From positions 1,731,812 through 1,795,811 of the forward strand of contig NC_092675.1 in NCBI RefSeq assembly GCF_964355755.1: 64,000 bases of DNA, in the 5' to 3' direction. Positions 40,901-53,539 of this stretch are shown in pieces. Made by a program: the position numbers and the translations under genes. The notes under the pieces were generated by a model. That model did no database searches, was not told the origin of the DNA, and saw only the letters and a program-made list of their open reading frames with translations. The DNA comes from Antedon mediterranea (Eukaryota; Animalia; Echinodermata). Position 1 is the first letter of the stretch. Each line of letters opens with the position of its first letter.

Positions 40901-43900
40901 TTGGGTGGGCTTCTTTTCGAGATGGGCTTCTTTTCGAGATGGGCTTCTTTTCGAGAGTACTTTTGCAAACTGTAGAGGGGGCTTCTTTTCGAAATGAATG
41001 CTGTAAATTTTGTGAATTTCTACTACAATAATATGACTTTTGTGACATTTTTTCAATCGTGAAATTATGTTTAATATACCAATTAAAAAACAATATAAAA
41101 AGCAAAAAAAGCAGTCCTATGATTCACCGTCAAATACAATCATTTGTGGAAATTCCCTGCTGATTTTACATATTTGCCAACGAAGCAGACAAGAAAAAGA
41201 TACAAGATGCGATTAAAGCACCATTTGGACGACAATAAACTGTAAAATAAATGTATGATAAACGCGATCATACATATTAATTATTATCATCAGTCTGCAT
41301 CACAAGTATCTGGCATTAAATTATCCTACTACAGTAACTCTTAATCACGTCTTTGTATTGTTTATTTCTGTTTCTTTTGACGTTCAGTTAATAAACCTAC
41401 ATTCTTAATATTACAGTATCTATCTCGAAAAGAAGCCCATACTATCCTGAAAAGAAGCCCAAGGGGCTTCATTTTGAGATGGGCTTCTTTTCGAGAGTAC
41501 TTTGTAAACTGTAGAGGGGGCTTCTTTTCGAGATGGGCTTCTTTTCTAGGTTTAAGCCCATGGGCTTCTTTTCGAGGTTTTACGATATTAAATAGCACGC
41601 CTCTGTTTCGGAGCTCTTAATTTATTATTTTTTTATATGACTATCTTTTTAAAGTTATTTTGTCCCCTAAAAAATTGTTTTTTTTGTTCAAATTTGTCTA
41701 GAAAAATTGTTATTGCCATTTTACATAATAGTTATTTACTTTGACCAAAAATGGATCGGGGAAAAAAGTGACTTACCTGAAAAAAGTGACTTACCTGAAA
41801 AAAATGACTTACCTGAAAAAAGGTTAATTTAAAGCAAAATACTTCATATCAATTGTCTGTCAGATAATGTTTTTTTTTGGTTATTAACCGTTTCGTTTGT
41901 CTTTTAATAAGTGAAATAATAATTTTTTTATGTTTTTTTTACAGAAGTAGTGGCCTATTTATCTTGTATTTGTATCAATATTTCATTCCATGTGTTTGTG
42001 TGTGTCATGGGGGGGGGGGGGGGACAATACATTTTTAACTACCGTATTTAACCAAACGTGAACCTTTTGTAATTGGTTAAACAGCGTACATAGACATTGA
42101 TGTTGTCTGTATTCAACAACAACGCTTCAATTCTTAATTTCTACCGAATCAATATAATTATTATTAATAATCGATATCACCACCGCGAGCAAGACCAGCG
42201 ATAGTCTGAATTATGATAAATGAGCTTGAACACTTCAATATCTTCATCATCATTAAATATCTATTATACTATTATTATTATGTAATTAATAACAGGCTGC
42301 AATTTGGATTGTACTGTAGTTTTATATAAACATACCGTACCGTATATTGAAAAAAAATAACCATCCTTGTTTACAAATAAGAGAGAAATAGAACCAACAA
42401 GATAATTTATTTATCAGTGTTATTACGCAACGCGAGTCTACAGCTCACTATGTCGGTCGGTCGGTCGGTTGATCGGTAAACACTAACTTGAGCACGCGAC
42501 TGCAGCCATGTATATGGCCTTGTTTATGTTCTATTCGGTCTAAAAATAGATACTACAAAACGACAATCAAAGATTGAAATTGTATAAATATCAATTAATT
42601 ATAGTTATTTTTGGAAATATTAAAATTAATTAATAATACCACAATTAATTTAATATTTATAAAAAAGAATAGAGATTTAGAAAACATTTTACTGGCAATT
42701 TTAAAACAAAAACACCTTACCCTGAATTTATTGTGACAGTTTTAAAATGTCTTTAATATTGTTGTACAGTACTTGTTTTTACCGCAGGTCACCACGCCTT
42801 AATAGATGCTTGACTTTAGTATAATTTATTGGAAATATCAGAAAAATCTATTTATGGATTTTCCCAGATCAAATAATATGTTGTCATGTGTATTATGAAT
42901 ACACTGCCTAACATGGCTCAACAATGAGTGTACACTGCGAAAATAGTGTTTAGTTTATGTAGTTTATACCCACTTAGCCTTGAACATGTTTAGATATGAA
43001 ACATGTTTAGGTTCTAAACACATTCTAAACATGTACCCAACTCAACACATCACATTGATTGTTAAACATGTGAAGCAATATAAATACACGTTTAGGTTTT
43101 AAACGTGTTTAATTTGTCTTATGTGGAGCTCATGTGTGGAGCTTTTTTCCGACACAGTAAAACTACTACACTACTGCTAAACGAGTGAAGGAACACAACA
43201 TGTAGCTATCAACACGTTTAGGTTTTAAACACGCTAAATATGTAACTACGTGTTTAAAAGCACCACACTATTTTTACCCGCTGATTCTCAGAGGATAGAT
43301 ATAGGAAAAACTGTTTCCTTTAAAAAAAAAAAAAGGTGTTTTGTTGACGTAATTTAGACGTAATTATCGCGTGTCGTTGATAACTTGCCATTTACACTAT
43401 ACAATAATTTTTCGATTATAATTGACTTACGACCAAACAGCCCACACTCCATTATTGTATGTATTATTTATGTTTTATGCACTGTGAATCGTGGAATTCT
43501 TGATTGATTTTAAACACATTAATATCACTAGATGCAGTTTTATATAGTATTAAAGCGCGATATTGGAGATTGATTTTGCTTCACAAAACAACACATATTA
43601 TAATATTATACAGTTGTCTTGAGTTAAGCAGACCAAAGCATTGATCTTGGTCATTCATTCGTGAGATATCACTTCATTTTATTCACTTGTCTGTTAATTT
43701 AATTAAGAAGGATTTCTTTTCGCTTTTTTTATGAAAGTTTGAAAGTTAATGCGAACTATAATGTCAGTATGATTAACTAGCTTAATACCACATATCATAA
43801 TTCTCTGTAGGCCTACCGGTACTGTATATTTCTTTCCAGTATATTATAGGAAAATTCCCTAATACAGTATCACATGTGTTTCACGTATCACCATATAGAG

Positions 43901-46304
43901 CATATCCTAACCCTCCTTAACCTACTACCCCACATGAGATGTTGTACGGAATTGTCCCACAGTATATGGTAAATATTGTCGTTAAGTGGCGTTACAGCAC
44001 TGAGAATCGATCACCATCTTGAATATACTGTAACGAGAAATATGAATTTGCAAGTGATGATGCAGATTAGCTAAACTCCACTCTATGTACGCTTAACTTA
44101 AGTACTTTTGAACACAGCTTTACTGATGATACTATGCGCGCCTATGTTTAAAAAAATAGATCATATTTTCCTTTCTGATACATGCCTATGGTTTAAAAGG
44201 TATAAGAGATCGTTGGTTAAAGCCTATCTCGGATTATTCAGATCAGCTTAACTCCGTTCATGCTCGCTTAACTCTGTGCGTGTGAACACAGCCGATCGAT
44301 ACTATGCCTCGGTTTATAAGAAAAAACAACAACAGTTCAGTTCCATTTTGTGGAATACACTACCAATAGACATCAGAAAACGTCAACACCTTCAAAATAC
44401 GACTGAAACCCCACTTGTACACAGAAGCATTTCCTGTTTAACTTTGTCAAGCACCTTTGAACATTATTTTACCGGAGCTATATAAGTCTGATTGATTGAT
44501 TGATTGAGTAACACCCTATTTTCCTTCTTCGTTCACAGCCTCTTCGATACCACTGCGAACAATGTGCTTTAGTTACCAGTTCGGGTCGTCTTCTCGACAA
44601 AGGTGCTGGTTATGACATAGATCGAGGTGTATGTGTAATACGTATGAACACCGCACCAACAGAAGGGTACGAGGAAGACGTCGGCTCGACGACAACTATA
44701 CGTGTGGTTGGACACACAAATATGAATAGAGTTTTAAAAAAACAACCTGATTTACAAAAAACATTCTTTGAAGACGAAAAAACTCGAGCAAATATTGTTA
44801 TTGTGCCATGGTTGTTTTACGAGGATTTTTCAAAGGAAAAGGACGAATCTTTTCTAGTAACTAAAGAATTTTCTACGTTATATCCAAACGTATCGTTTTA
44901 TTATACAACGCCAAATAAAGTTAAGTTAGCAGAGGAAATATTTATGAATGAAACTGGCATTACCAGGTACGTAAATCGTAAATCTCCCCCTCTCCCTCCA
45001 CCCAATATTTCAAAATCCATGACCGTGGTTCTTGACTATTTCATAACCTTTGGAAAATAAATATGGTGTTAACATGGGATTTGTACAGATGTATTTCAAA
45101 CGAACAGTGCAGGCCTACACAAGCATAGTTGAAGTGTGAAAATGTTTTACCGGAACAAAATCTATCACCTTTAACTAACATAGAATTAGAATCACAATTT
45201 GAAATTTGTTTTGTATGTTTTTTTTTTAAAGGAAAGCGGCGCGGACATGGTTATCGACAGGTTGGATGACAATGTTATTTGCGATAGATATATGCGACTG
45301 GATTGACGTCTACGGCCTAGTTAATGATGATTATTGCAAGTAAGTAACAGTCGTGTTCAAAATTGAAATATGAAGAATTTGAAAATGCCCAATAGATTAA
45401 TATAACAGTATATGTACGTATGTTCTTTCAAATATTGGCAACAGGCTATTTCCTTTGACTCTTTTACACTATTAAAAGTAGTATGACGGTTTATAGGTGT
45501 TCTCTTTAACGAATAACCACGACATGCTTTGCTGCACGGCTGGGATGAGTTTATTGAATTGCAAAGTTACCCAGTCAGTCCCTGCCGACTGGGTTCTACA
45601 TCGCAATTGATGGGCGTGGCATTTAAGCCATACATTAAGCCTTGTCTAAACTATCAATCTATGTGAAAAAATAATGTGATGTGCCCATATGTGGACATGA
45701 TGATGTCATATCACTACCATATTTGAACATATCACTACCATATTTGGGCACATCACCTTTTTTTTGTCGTCAAACTATTTTGATAGTGTAGACAGAGCTT
45801 TAAAATCCCTTCTTTTTTTTTAAAACTGAGCGTCCGATTGATTTGCGCGCTTCGATATCTTGTTTTTTTATTTATTTTTTCTTTTAGGCCTACATATTTA
45901 TGATGTACATTAACGGTTATTTATGGTTTTCTCGTTGATTTTATTACAGAGCTCATCCTAACGATACAACACCATATCATTACTATGCCGATAATTCTAA
46001 AAAGGAATGCTGGTACTATGATCGCAGTGAGAATACTGTGTTGTATGGCCATAAATTTCTCACCGAAAAAGCGATTTTTGCGAGGTGGGCAAAAAAAGTT
46101 AGCATATATTTTCATTATCCTTCGTGGGAGGGCGTGGTAACGAACGGAAAGCACGTTGACACGCCGTTTTTAAAACTATATGATGAATCCAAGAAAAACG
46201 GAAAGCTCCGTAAAGTGGAACAAGCGGAAATGATGAAAAAGCGTATAGCTGCGAGACGGGCTTACTTGGAGAAGAGGAGAAAGATGAAAAAGAAGAAGGG
46301 GTGA
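31940..46304 (+). CDS. Alpha-N-acetylgalactosaminide alpha-2,6-sialyltransferase, ST6GalNAc III-VI subfamily (GT29)
   Basis: Exons 31940-31954 (MYWLK, inferred), 35596-35814 (TM anchor, stem, GYLSVIDDK), 44539-44966 (sialylmotif L CEQCALVTSSG..IDRGVCVIRMNTAPTEGYEEDVGSTTT), 45232-45339 (motif S WLSTGWMTMLFAIDICD..VYG), 45950-46304 (PYHYY, HKFLTEK, PSW, basic tail, TGA). Resembles vertebrate ST6GalNAc5/3; orthology not resolvable by eye. Confidence 0.88.
32023..35193. repeat. 46/49-bp satellite (ttatcactcatgcgcctgggtggtcat[cat]cctcacacagtgggccgag), ~67 copies, in the first coding intron of the sialyltransferase
   Basis: Tandem units differing by a CAT indel; contains a 751-bp higher-order duplication. 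Confidence 0.97.
36438..37175. repeat. C-rich minisatellite, ~80-95-bp units, ~8 copies
   Basis: ctttactcgtaagcctccactttacg...aatcaatccccttcaccttcactcccc repeated. Confidence 0.9.
38720..39058. mobile_element. CACTG-terminated (CMC/EnSpm-like) MITE; second copy ~42933-43277
   Basis: cactgttaaaatagt ... tactgttttcacagtg; shared internal aaacacgtttaggttttaaac blocks. Confidence 0.6.
39678..40230 (-). mobile_element. LINE 3' fragment (Rex1/Babar-like RT C-terminus) with (TTGAA)n tail
   Basis: Minus strand ...CYYGNSRFKDRLLLNKIVKQGSRIVG...LKDHAHPLH...TNRYGNSFVPAAIRLYNE*. Confidence 0.75.
40900..41588. mobile_element. Tc1/mariner (Tc2/pogo-like) MITE at 41412-41588 plus a related fragment with gggcttcttttcga repeats
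   Basis: TA-cagta..ctcgaaaagaagccc / gggcttcttttcgaggttttacga-TA inverted ends; repeated 17-bp subterminal motif. Confidence 0.55.
42419..42524 (+). mobile_element. Short Helentron-associated (DINE-1/HINE-like) element
   Basis: T-rich start, (gtcg)n microsatellite, 3' hairpin gccatgtatatggc followed by cttgttt. Confidence 0.5.
44341..44507 (+). mobile_element. L2-clade LINE 3' end with (GATT)n tail
   Basis: LWNTLPIDIRK... followed by gctatataag and (tgat)n. Confidence 0.65.
45638..45799. mobile_element. MITE family A copy
   Basis: TIRs, TTA on both flanks. Confidence 0.8.
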
Positions 46305-47477
46305 ATCCTTCTCCTACTCCCGTCTTAGATGGGTATGAACAAGCAGAGAAGGTGTCATCACATTCTATGTAGCAAGACAATATAGTGCTGACAATTCATG
46401 GAATGTATACAATTGATATTATTGTACGAGACAAGCTGTAGTTACGACCGACTGAAGAATTTTACGGTGCGATTTCATTGATCTAGGACCCTGTTTGCCA
46501 CGAAAAAGTATGAGTTACCTGTACTTTCATTAAAAAAACATACGTTCGGATATATTTTCCAGGCGTAGAAGAAGTGAAAACATATTTATTGATTGTTTGC
46601 CTTTTCAGCCGACCCAGCTTCTTTCGTTTAATCACAGTACTTGTTAAAATACAGTATATTATTTGTGTTGAATCTGTTAGGCATATGAACAATCTTTAAC
46701 AAGCTATTGTATATTCAAAATAATGACACAAAATTAGTGTTATTTTATTTTCATCAATATTTTATAGGCCTAACAATTTTGTATTTATTTATAGAATATA
46801 TAGGCCTACAGATTCGGTAGAAAATTCGTTTATCAGCTTTAAAAATAGGTATTAATTTTTATTTTTGCGTATAAACGCAATAAGGGAGTTACGGTACCAC
46901 TTTGAAAAAAACTTTTATAAATATCGGTAACTGTTTAATAGAGATGTTAACATTGCATAGACACGTATGTATGTATATTACATTTACTATTTATATAATG
47001 CTACACGTTTATATAACCTGAAATATGAGAAAGATCGAGACAGATGTTTATAATTGAAATAGAGGATTGGTTATACCACCTGCTATCCACACATAACCCC
47101 CTCCTAGAATCAGATAGAGGGATGAATCTCTGATTGGTCAAAATTACAAGTACAACCCAGCATAGTTATGATACGAATAGGCTGGCGTGTATATTATTTA
47201 TGGAGCATAAAAAACATTCAGACAACAGCTCTATCGTAAAGAATGTTCCCATTATTGCTCCATTTGCTCGCATATAGGCCTAAACAATGTAATAGAAAGA
47301 TTGATAGTTCACCGTCTTCCAGCAGTATACATTGTAACAAGGATCAGGCTGCCATAAATATACCTCCAAAGTTATTTGTACCTGTTTAAAAAAGCGAGTT
47401 TATCCAATAGCCAAGTTTAATACTTTCAGTTCGGTATTTTAATATCTTAAAAAGTAGGCCTATTTTAGAATTTAGTG

Positions 47478-47577
47478 TATTTATTTATTTTTTATTTAAA
47501 ACATATTTAGGCAGGATAACATAATTCAGAAAAGAAAAGATCACAAAATTTCTGTTTTTCAATATAGTCCTGCAATA
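47478..47577 (-). mobile_element. Short CR1-like LINE 3' tip; near-identical copy at ~61851-61948
   Basis: aaaacatatttaggcaggataacataattcagaaa...gtcctgcaat at both loci, next to (tatt)n. Confidence 0.55.
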
Positions 47578-48794
47578 AAAAAAATATAACAATCAGTAAA
47601 TATAGAACGTTAATAATAATACGTGGGAAAAACAATTATTTTGTTAAAGAATTGCTTTTTATAATTAATTTTATTAGTGTAAATGCCATTTGGTGGTGGT
47701 GGTGAACCTGTGTACGATTAAATCTATGTTGAATTTTATGAGTATTTAATAAACCTCCTTTTGGAACACGGGGATACCTCTATTAAGGGGTCAATATCCC
47801 GTGAAATAATGAGGTCTGCACTACGAATACTGTACTACCCTTATTCAGGGGACACTGTGATTAAGGAGAGCGGGCTATCTAAACTTAGCTCTGTTCCTTC
47901 CACAAGAGTGCATCAGTCAAAAATTACAATCGGGACGTATTTTTTTATTTGATTGTGAAGAATAACGTGCCCTAACTCTTACTGGCATGTGACGTGACAC
48001 GTAAAACCTTTCGGGCTTGGAGATGTTTCATATTGAAACGCCTTGTTATGATCCCTATATTACTTATTACTCTGTTATTATCACAGGTGCCTCAGAATAT
48101 TTCATCATAGAGAATTTATTTCTCATTACGTGAATAAAACTGTTCATACGCTACTAATGCGTTTCAATGCGTTTCTCCTCTTTCTTTTTTTACAGAATAC
48201 TATTGAGGTACTGTACGACTTTATGACCGTAGACTTTGACATCATTACGATAACACTAACATTCAATTATTATGGGATAATATTGAACAGATTTTTCCTT
48301 GGCCCATCAAGGTTCAAATCTTCGCTTTCCGCTATAGCGCACCATCTTTCGGATGAGACATTAAGCCGTTGATCCTGTGTGCAACATGGCTCATATCATA
48401 TGTGCACATGTGCAGGTGTATAATATTTATCACGTACCAAGACTGAAAAAAGTCATATTTTGCCATATCACTGCAATATTTAGACACATCACACTTTTTT
48501 TGTAAAACTAGTTTGACGGTATATAGACAGAGAAGGACTAAGTGGTTTATCATGGTTTGTTTGTTACATATAGCTATATTACTGCATAATAATTGATATA
48601 ATAATATAATCGATATTTTTGCCTTTTTACGAGAAACAAATTCCTGTACTGTAGTACAGGGGTACTTCTATATAAGCTAACGGCTAAACTTCGACCCTTA
48701 TTTTTCGACATCTGATTAGTATAATGCAATATGAGCATATAGCAATTATTACATATTTTGTCAATTTCCGAAAAAAATCCCTGCACTATCTAGG

Positions 48795-48824
48795 CATGGA
48801 GGTATAAAATTAGATACCTCCATG
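48795..48824. mobile_element. 30-bp TIR-only micro-element with 7-bp TSD (atctagg)
   Basis: Perfect 11-bp TIR catggaggtat/atacctccatg, 8-bp spacer, flanking direct repeat. Confidence 0.75.
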
Positions 48825-48989
48825 ATCTAGGTAGGCCTAGTAAGGGATTTTTTCCCCGAAAATTGCCAAATTTTTATCTCGCCATAATACAAAATTGATA
48901 ACGCTATGATTTCACACAATATAATGTCCATATATAGCTAAGAAAAATTATTGCGTGGCCATTGTTATTTGTGATTTTAATACCTACCA

Positions 48990-49202
48990 GTAGGCCTACG
49001 TCAGTTATCGAGGAGGAATATACCCTGCAGGCAGGGGAATTCATTTACAGTAGAAACAGAGCTCTTCAATTTGGTATGCGTCAGCGCGGCCGGTTGATGA
49101 CGCGTCGACATCGTATTTACACGCTGTTTTACACACAACACAGTAGAACAGTACGACGACTAAACTACACCGCCGCCAGCTGTTACACATCACCTAGCCG
49201 AA
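48990..49202 (+). promoter_or_regulatory. CpG-rich promoter/5'UTR region of YIPF1
   Basis: Local CpG enrichment and CRE-like half sites (acgtca, gcgtca, tgacgc) just upstream of the ATG. Confidence 0.45.
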
Positions 49203-52200
49203 ATGGAACAGGTAATTAATATTTATAGTTGAAAAAATGCCTATTTATTACAGGAGTACCTTCAAAGGTCTAGGCCTACCTACAGAGGTCTACTACTACT
49301 TCTCTAGGCATAATTGTATAGGCCTAGGGCCGCCCTCTAGTCTAGTAGGCTGGCTAGGCCTAGTTAGTAGTAGGCCTACTGTAGTAGTAGTAGGCTAGGC
49401 CTGGCTGGCCGAGCCTACTCATCTCTAGTAGGCCTACTACTAGAGCCTAGTAGGCCCTTCTAGACTAGCCTGCCTAGAGCGAGTAGGCCCACACAACTAA
49501 CAAGCTAGCTAGGCCTAGTATAGGCCCCATCCTCTTTGTCCTCTGGCCTTAGCGTAGGTCTAGCTAGCAGTAGTAGTAGAAACATTTTGTCGAAACGTCC
49601 TATTTTCATGCTTTTTAAAATTAACAAATTTTTGTAGCATGGGATCATCACGTTTTATATGTTTGAACTAAACAACCATTTCATTTTTCAGAATGATAGC
49701 AGTAAAGGTTTGCTAACAGGAGGAGATCAACTACAGTTTCATGGTAAGAATTAAACAATTCAACAATGTAGCAATTAAACAGACTCACTTACACACACTC
49801 ACACAAAGAATTGGTTAGTCTTTTATGATTAAAAATGGTTTTTTTAGAATTTGATAATGATGATGATGATTCTCCATTGATCGATGCAGCAGATAAGGAC
49901 ACATCAGGCAGTCAAGTACAGACGCACACCTTTAACAATTACCCGAGTGATGGCGATGAAGAAGGAGACAAAGCTGAGGTAAAATCATTCTCAACATATA
50001 TAATATATAAAATTACATACTGCAGGTTACATAGGCCTAGAGAGAGTATAATCAAATATCAGATAAGCCTATGCTTTCAATAAATGAAAGATAACATTTT
50101 TCACCTGATGAAATTATTTGTACCATTGCACTCATTAACATTCATTATTTGTACCATTGTACTCGTAAACATTCATTATTTGTTTACTAGTATTGCAGTA
50201 CATTTTATATAGTGGTGACAATCGTATTCATATTTGGGGACACTGTGTTGTTTATCACCATTTACAATATTATTATGCTATGTGCTATATAGTTGCTAAC
50301 TGGCAAGAAAAAACAGGCAGCCTTTTGGACATTTGAATATTACCAGACTTTCTTTGAAGTTGATTCGTATGAAGTAGTGCGAAGGTTGATGGCTTCATTT
50401 ATACCCCAACCTAGCAAAGACTTTCTCAACTCTCAGATTCGACCTAATCCAGATCTTTATGGTAAGCCCAACACAGATTACTTTGTGTCCTACTGAACAC
50501 TACAAGCCATACAACAAACGAACAACCAGAAACGAAATAACCTCACTCCTAAATTAAGCTGAACCTAGCCCCCTAAATATACCCCTCTAAAGCTCTGTCT
50601 ACACTACCATAATTGGGCATATCACTGCCATATTTGGGCAAATCACATTTTTTTGTCAAACTAGTTTGATAGTGTAGACATAGCTTAGGCTTAAGTGGTA
50701 CTATTATGTATAGCTTTGTGGTGCATGGAGTATTTAGTAGGGCCGATTTCTTAATTTCTTTCACACATATCAACTCTGTTTTGATGTGGTCTTTGACAGG
50801 TCCATTCTGGGTTTGTGCTTCGTTGGTCTTTACAATTGCTATCAGCGGTGATCTGGCCAATTTCTTTACAACCAAGGGAGGCCATGGATGGCATGCTAAT
50901 TTTTATCACGGTAAGTGAATGTTTTGACATTTTTTTGGACTTTTTAATACATTATGATAATCAAACTATTTCAGAAATTAAAGAAAAGTTCCTTTACCAA
51001 ATTATACGCTTGAATGCAGCCAGCACAGGCCCCCCCCCCCCCCAATGGTTTTACAATACATAAAAGTCCACCTATTATTATATATCAACAATTTATTCTT
51101 TTAGTTACTTTGCTAGGCATCTTTTATCCACGAATTGATAATTATTGTGACATTATATAAACAAGATTGTAGGCATCACAACCATTAATAACCAACACCA
51201 CTAATTTGTTTAATATCTAGTTACTGTTGCTGCAACTATCATATTTTTATATGCCTGGCTGACACCGGGAGCGGTCTGGGGTGTGTTGTCATGGCAAGGT
51301 AATCCAGCGGGATACACATTTTTGGAAATGGTTTGTGTCTATGGATATTCTCTAACCATCTATATTCCAATATCTGTAAGTATAAGTAATGTTTAAGTGA
51401 TTTTTTATAATAAGCTTATATTGTTACTCAAAATACCAACAATCCTAATTCAAGTAGTGTGAGTTTTTACTGTTTAAGAAAGTTATTAAAATAGGGTCCT
51501 ACTAAAATGAGACACAAAACTGGAACTGTCCGATTACATTATCTGAAAAGGAAACAGTTTATACTGTATTAAAATTCACGATCAGTAGTCCACCACAAAA
51601 TGTATATTTTCATAATTAGCCTTTTCTTATTTGCAATAGTTATTACTGGTCATACCTTCACCAGCATTTCGGTACACATTGATGGCTATTGGTCTCATCC
51701 TGTCTGTGTCTGTCATGCTACTTAGCATGTGGCCGGCTGTCAAAGACTTTGATATCAAGATATCTGTTATTACACTGGCTGTAATCTTCATACTTCATAC
51801 ACTGTTGACTGTTGGATTCTTAGTGAGTTTACTTTTATATTTATTAATTTACCAATCAATTTTAGATACTTTATTCATGTTATTTTTAAATGCATTGAAT
51901 TTGCGAAATAAAAGTTTATATATATATATTTACTGTAGAAAAATAGGCCTATACAATTCTTTTTTGGTCATGTGCGTCCAATGAAAAGTTCCATTTCTGT
52001 CTGGTCAAAATATATACTGACCCAATACTGGTCACCTCTAGCGTACAGAATGAGTGACGAACCAGAGCTACTAGACCAACAAGGATCTTTAGGGTCAAGT
52101 TACCAAATACAGTCGATTTTCCCAATACCGGACTCCCTGAAAACTGGAAACTCTCCCAATACCAGACTTTCCTTGAGGTCCAAAATGTCCCAAATTCATT

Positions 52201-52542
52201 TTTACTATAGAAACACATTCTGAATACCAGACTTTCCAAGAAAACCAGACATATTAGGCCAACCTAAAGGTTCCAATATTAAGAGAGTTGACTGTACATT
52301 ATAATATGTAATATTGTGCTTGTGTTTATAATTTGAAACAATGTTGGTTGCTCACTTGTAATGCCTGTTTGTGACTTCCTTTTTTTCATATTATACTTAC
52401 CTTATCTTGCTTATTGTTGTTAATTAATTAAAACAACTTTATATTTCAGTTATATTTCTTTGATGAACAATTTGACGCAACTCATATTGATCCGCATATT
52501 ACAACAACTCACGCAGCCCTGAAGCCAACCAAATCATCATAG
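49203..52542 (+). CDS. YIPF1: Protein YIPF1 (Yip1 domain family, YIPF1/2-type)
   Basis: Exons 49203-49211, 49692-49743, 49848-49978, 50293-50461 (FWTFEYYQTFF..NPDLYG), 50800-50910 (PFWVCASLVFTIAISG), 51221-51375 (LEMVCVYGYSLTIYIP), 51640-51822, 52450-52542 (LYFF..TAG); all GT-AG and in phase. Confidence 0.9.
50591..50685. mobile_element. MITE family A copy (internally deleted)
   Basis: Both TIRs present. Confidence 0.75.
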
Positions 52543-53539
52543 TTATTAATGACCTTTGAATACAGGTCACCAAGAAAACTGTTCATCTTCGGAGTGTGAC
52601 CAATTTTTCTTTGTACCTAAAGTGCAATTTTATTCTACATTAAAAAAAACAAATGATTGTTTTTACAAAATATAATTTCCAATACAGTACCCAGTGGCGG
52701 ATCAGTGATTATGAAATTTGTGGTGGGAGTGTAGTGAATGAAGATTGAAATGAAATTAAGTGCTGAACTTAACCAAAATATTCTATCTTTTGCATTATAA
52801 TTTAAAATGTTAGTTAATGGGGATGTGCCTATATATGGACATGATGATGTCATATCACTACCATGTTTGGGCATATCACTGCCATATTTAGGCACATTAC
52901 ACTTTTTTTTGTCAAACTAGTTTTTTGTTTGGAGATCGTGAATCACTTAAAAAGATTTGTACTTTACATTTGTTTAAAGCTAAATTTTATTACAAAATTT
53001 AAAATTGTATTCTTTATTAAATACAAGTCAATGAATAGTTGATAACAATCATGATACAAAGGAGAAGAATTGGTGTGGTTTATCATTTATTTTGGGTGAT
53101 GGTTATACCTTCATTTTGAATTTTAAAACAAAAAATCAGAGTATTTAAATTTAAAACACATAATTATTAAAACTTTTCAATTTTATTTCTCCTAACTTTT
53201 CTGTATATAAGCCTCTATTGTATTTTTACATAAAATATTTGTCAATTATTATGATCAATATATTTAAAATATTATATTCATTAAATTGTTTTTTTAATAC
53301 TTTATATTTAGTGTTTGTAATTTGTAAATTTATTATGTTGTATTTTTATGAAAATATTATGGTCTAGCCAATATAATATGTAGGCCAAAAGTGAATTATA
53401 AAACTCCCACTCCCCTGTACTGTCCGTAATAACCCCTGTCCATCCTTGAAAATTAGCTTTGTAAAATGATTTCTAAACCCCACTTTCCCAAATTTGTAAT
53501 TGTTTCAATAAACACGATACTCTGGCAACCATTTTAATC

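Noticed and set aside
40771-41598. Short ORFs with RKEAHLEKKP repeats
   Set aside because: Translations of 17-bp subterminal transposon repeats.
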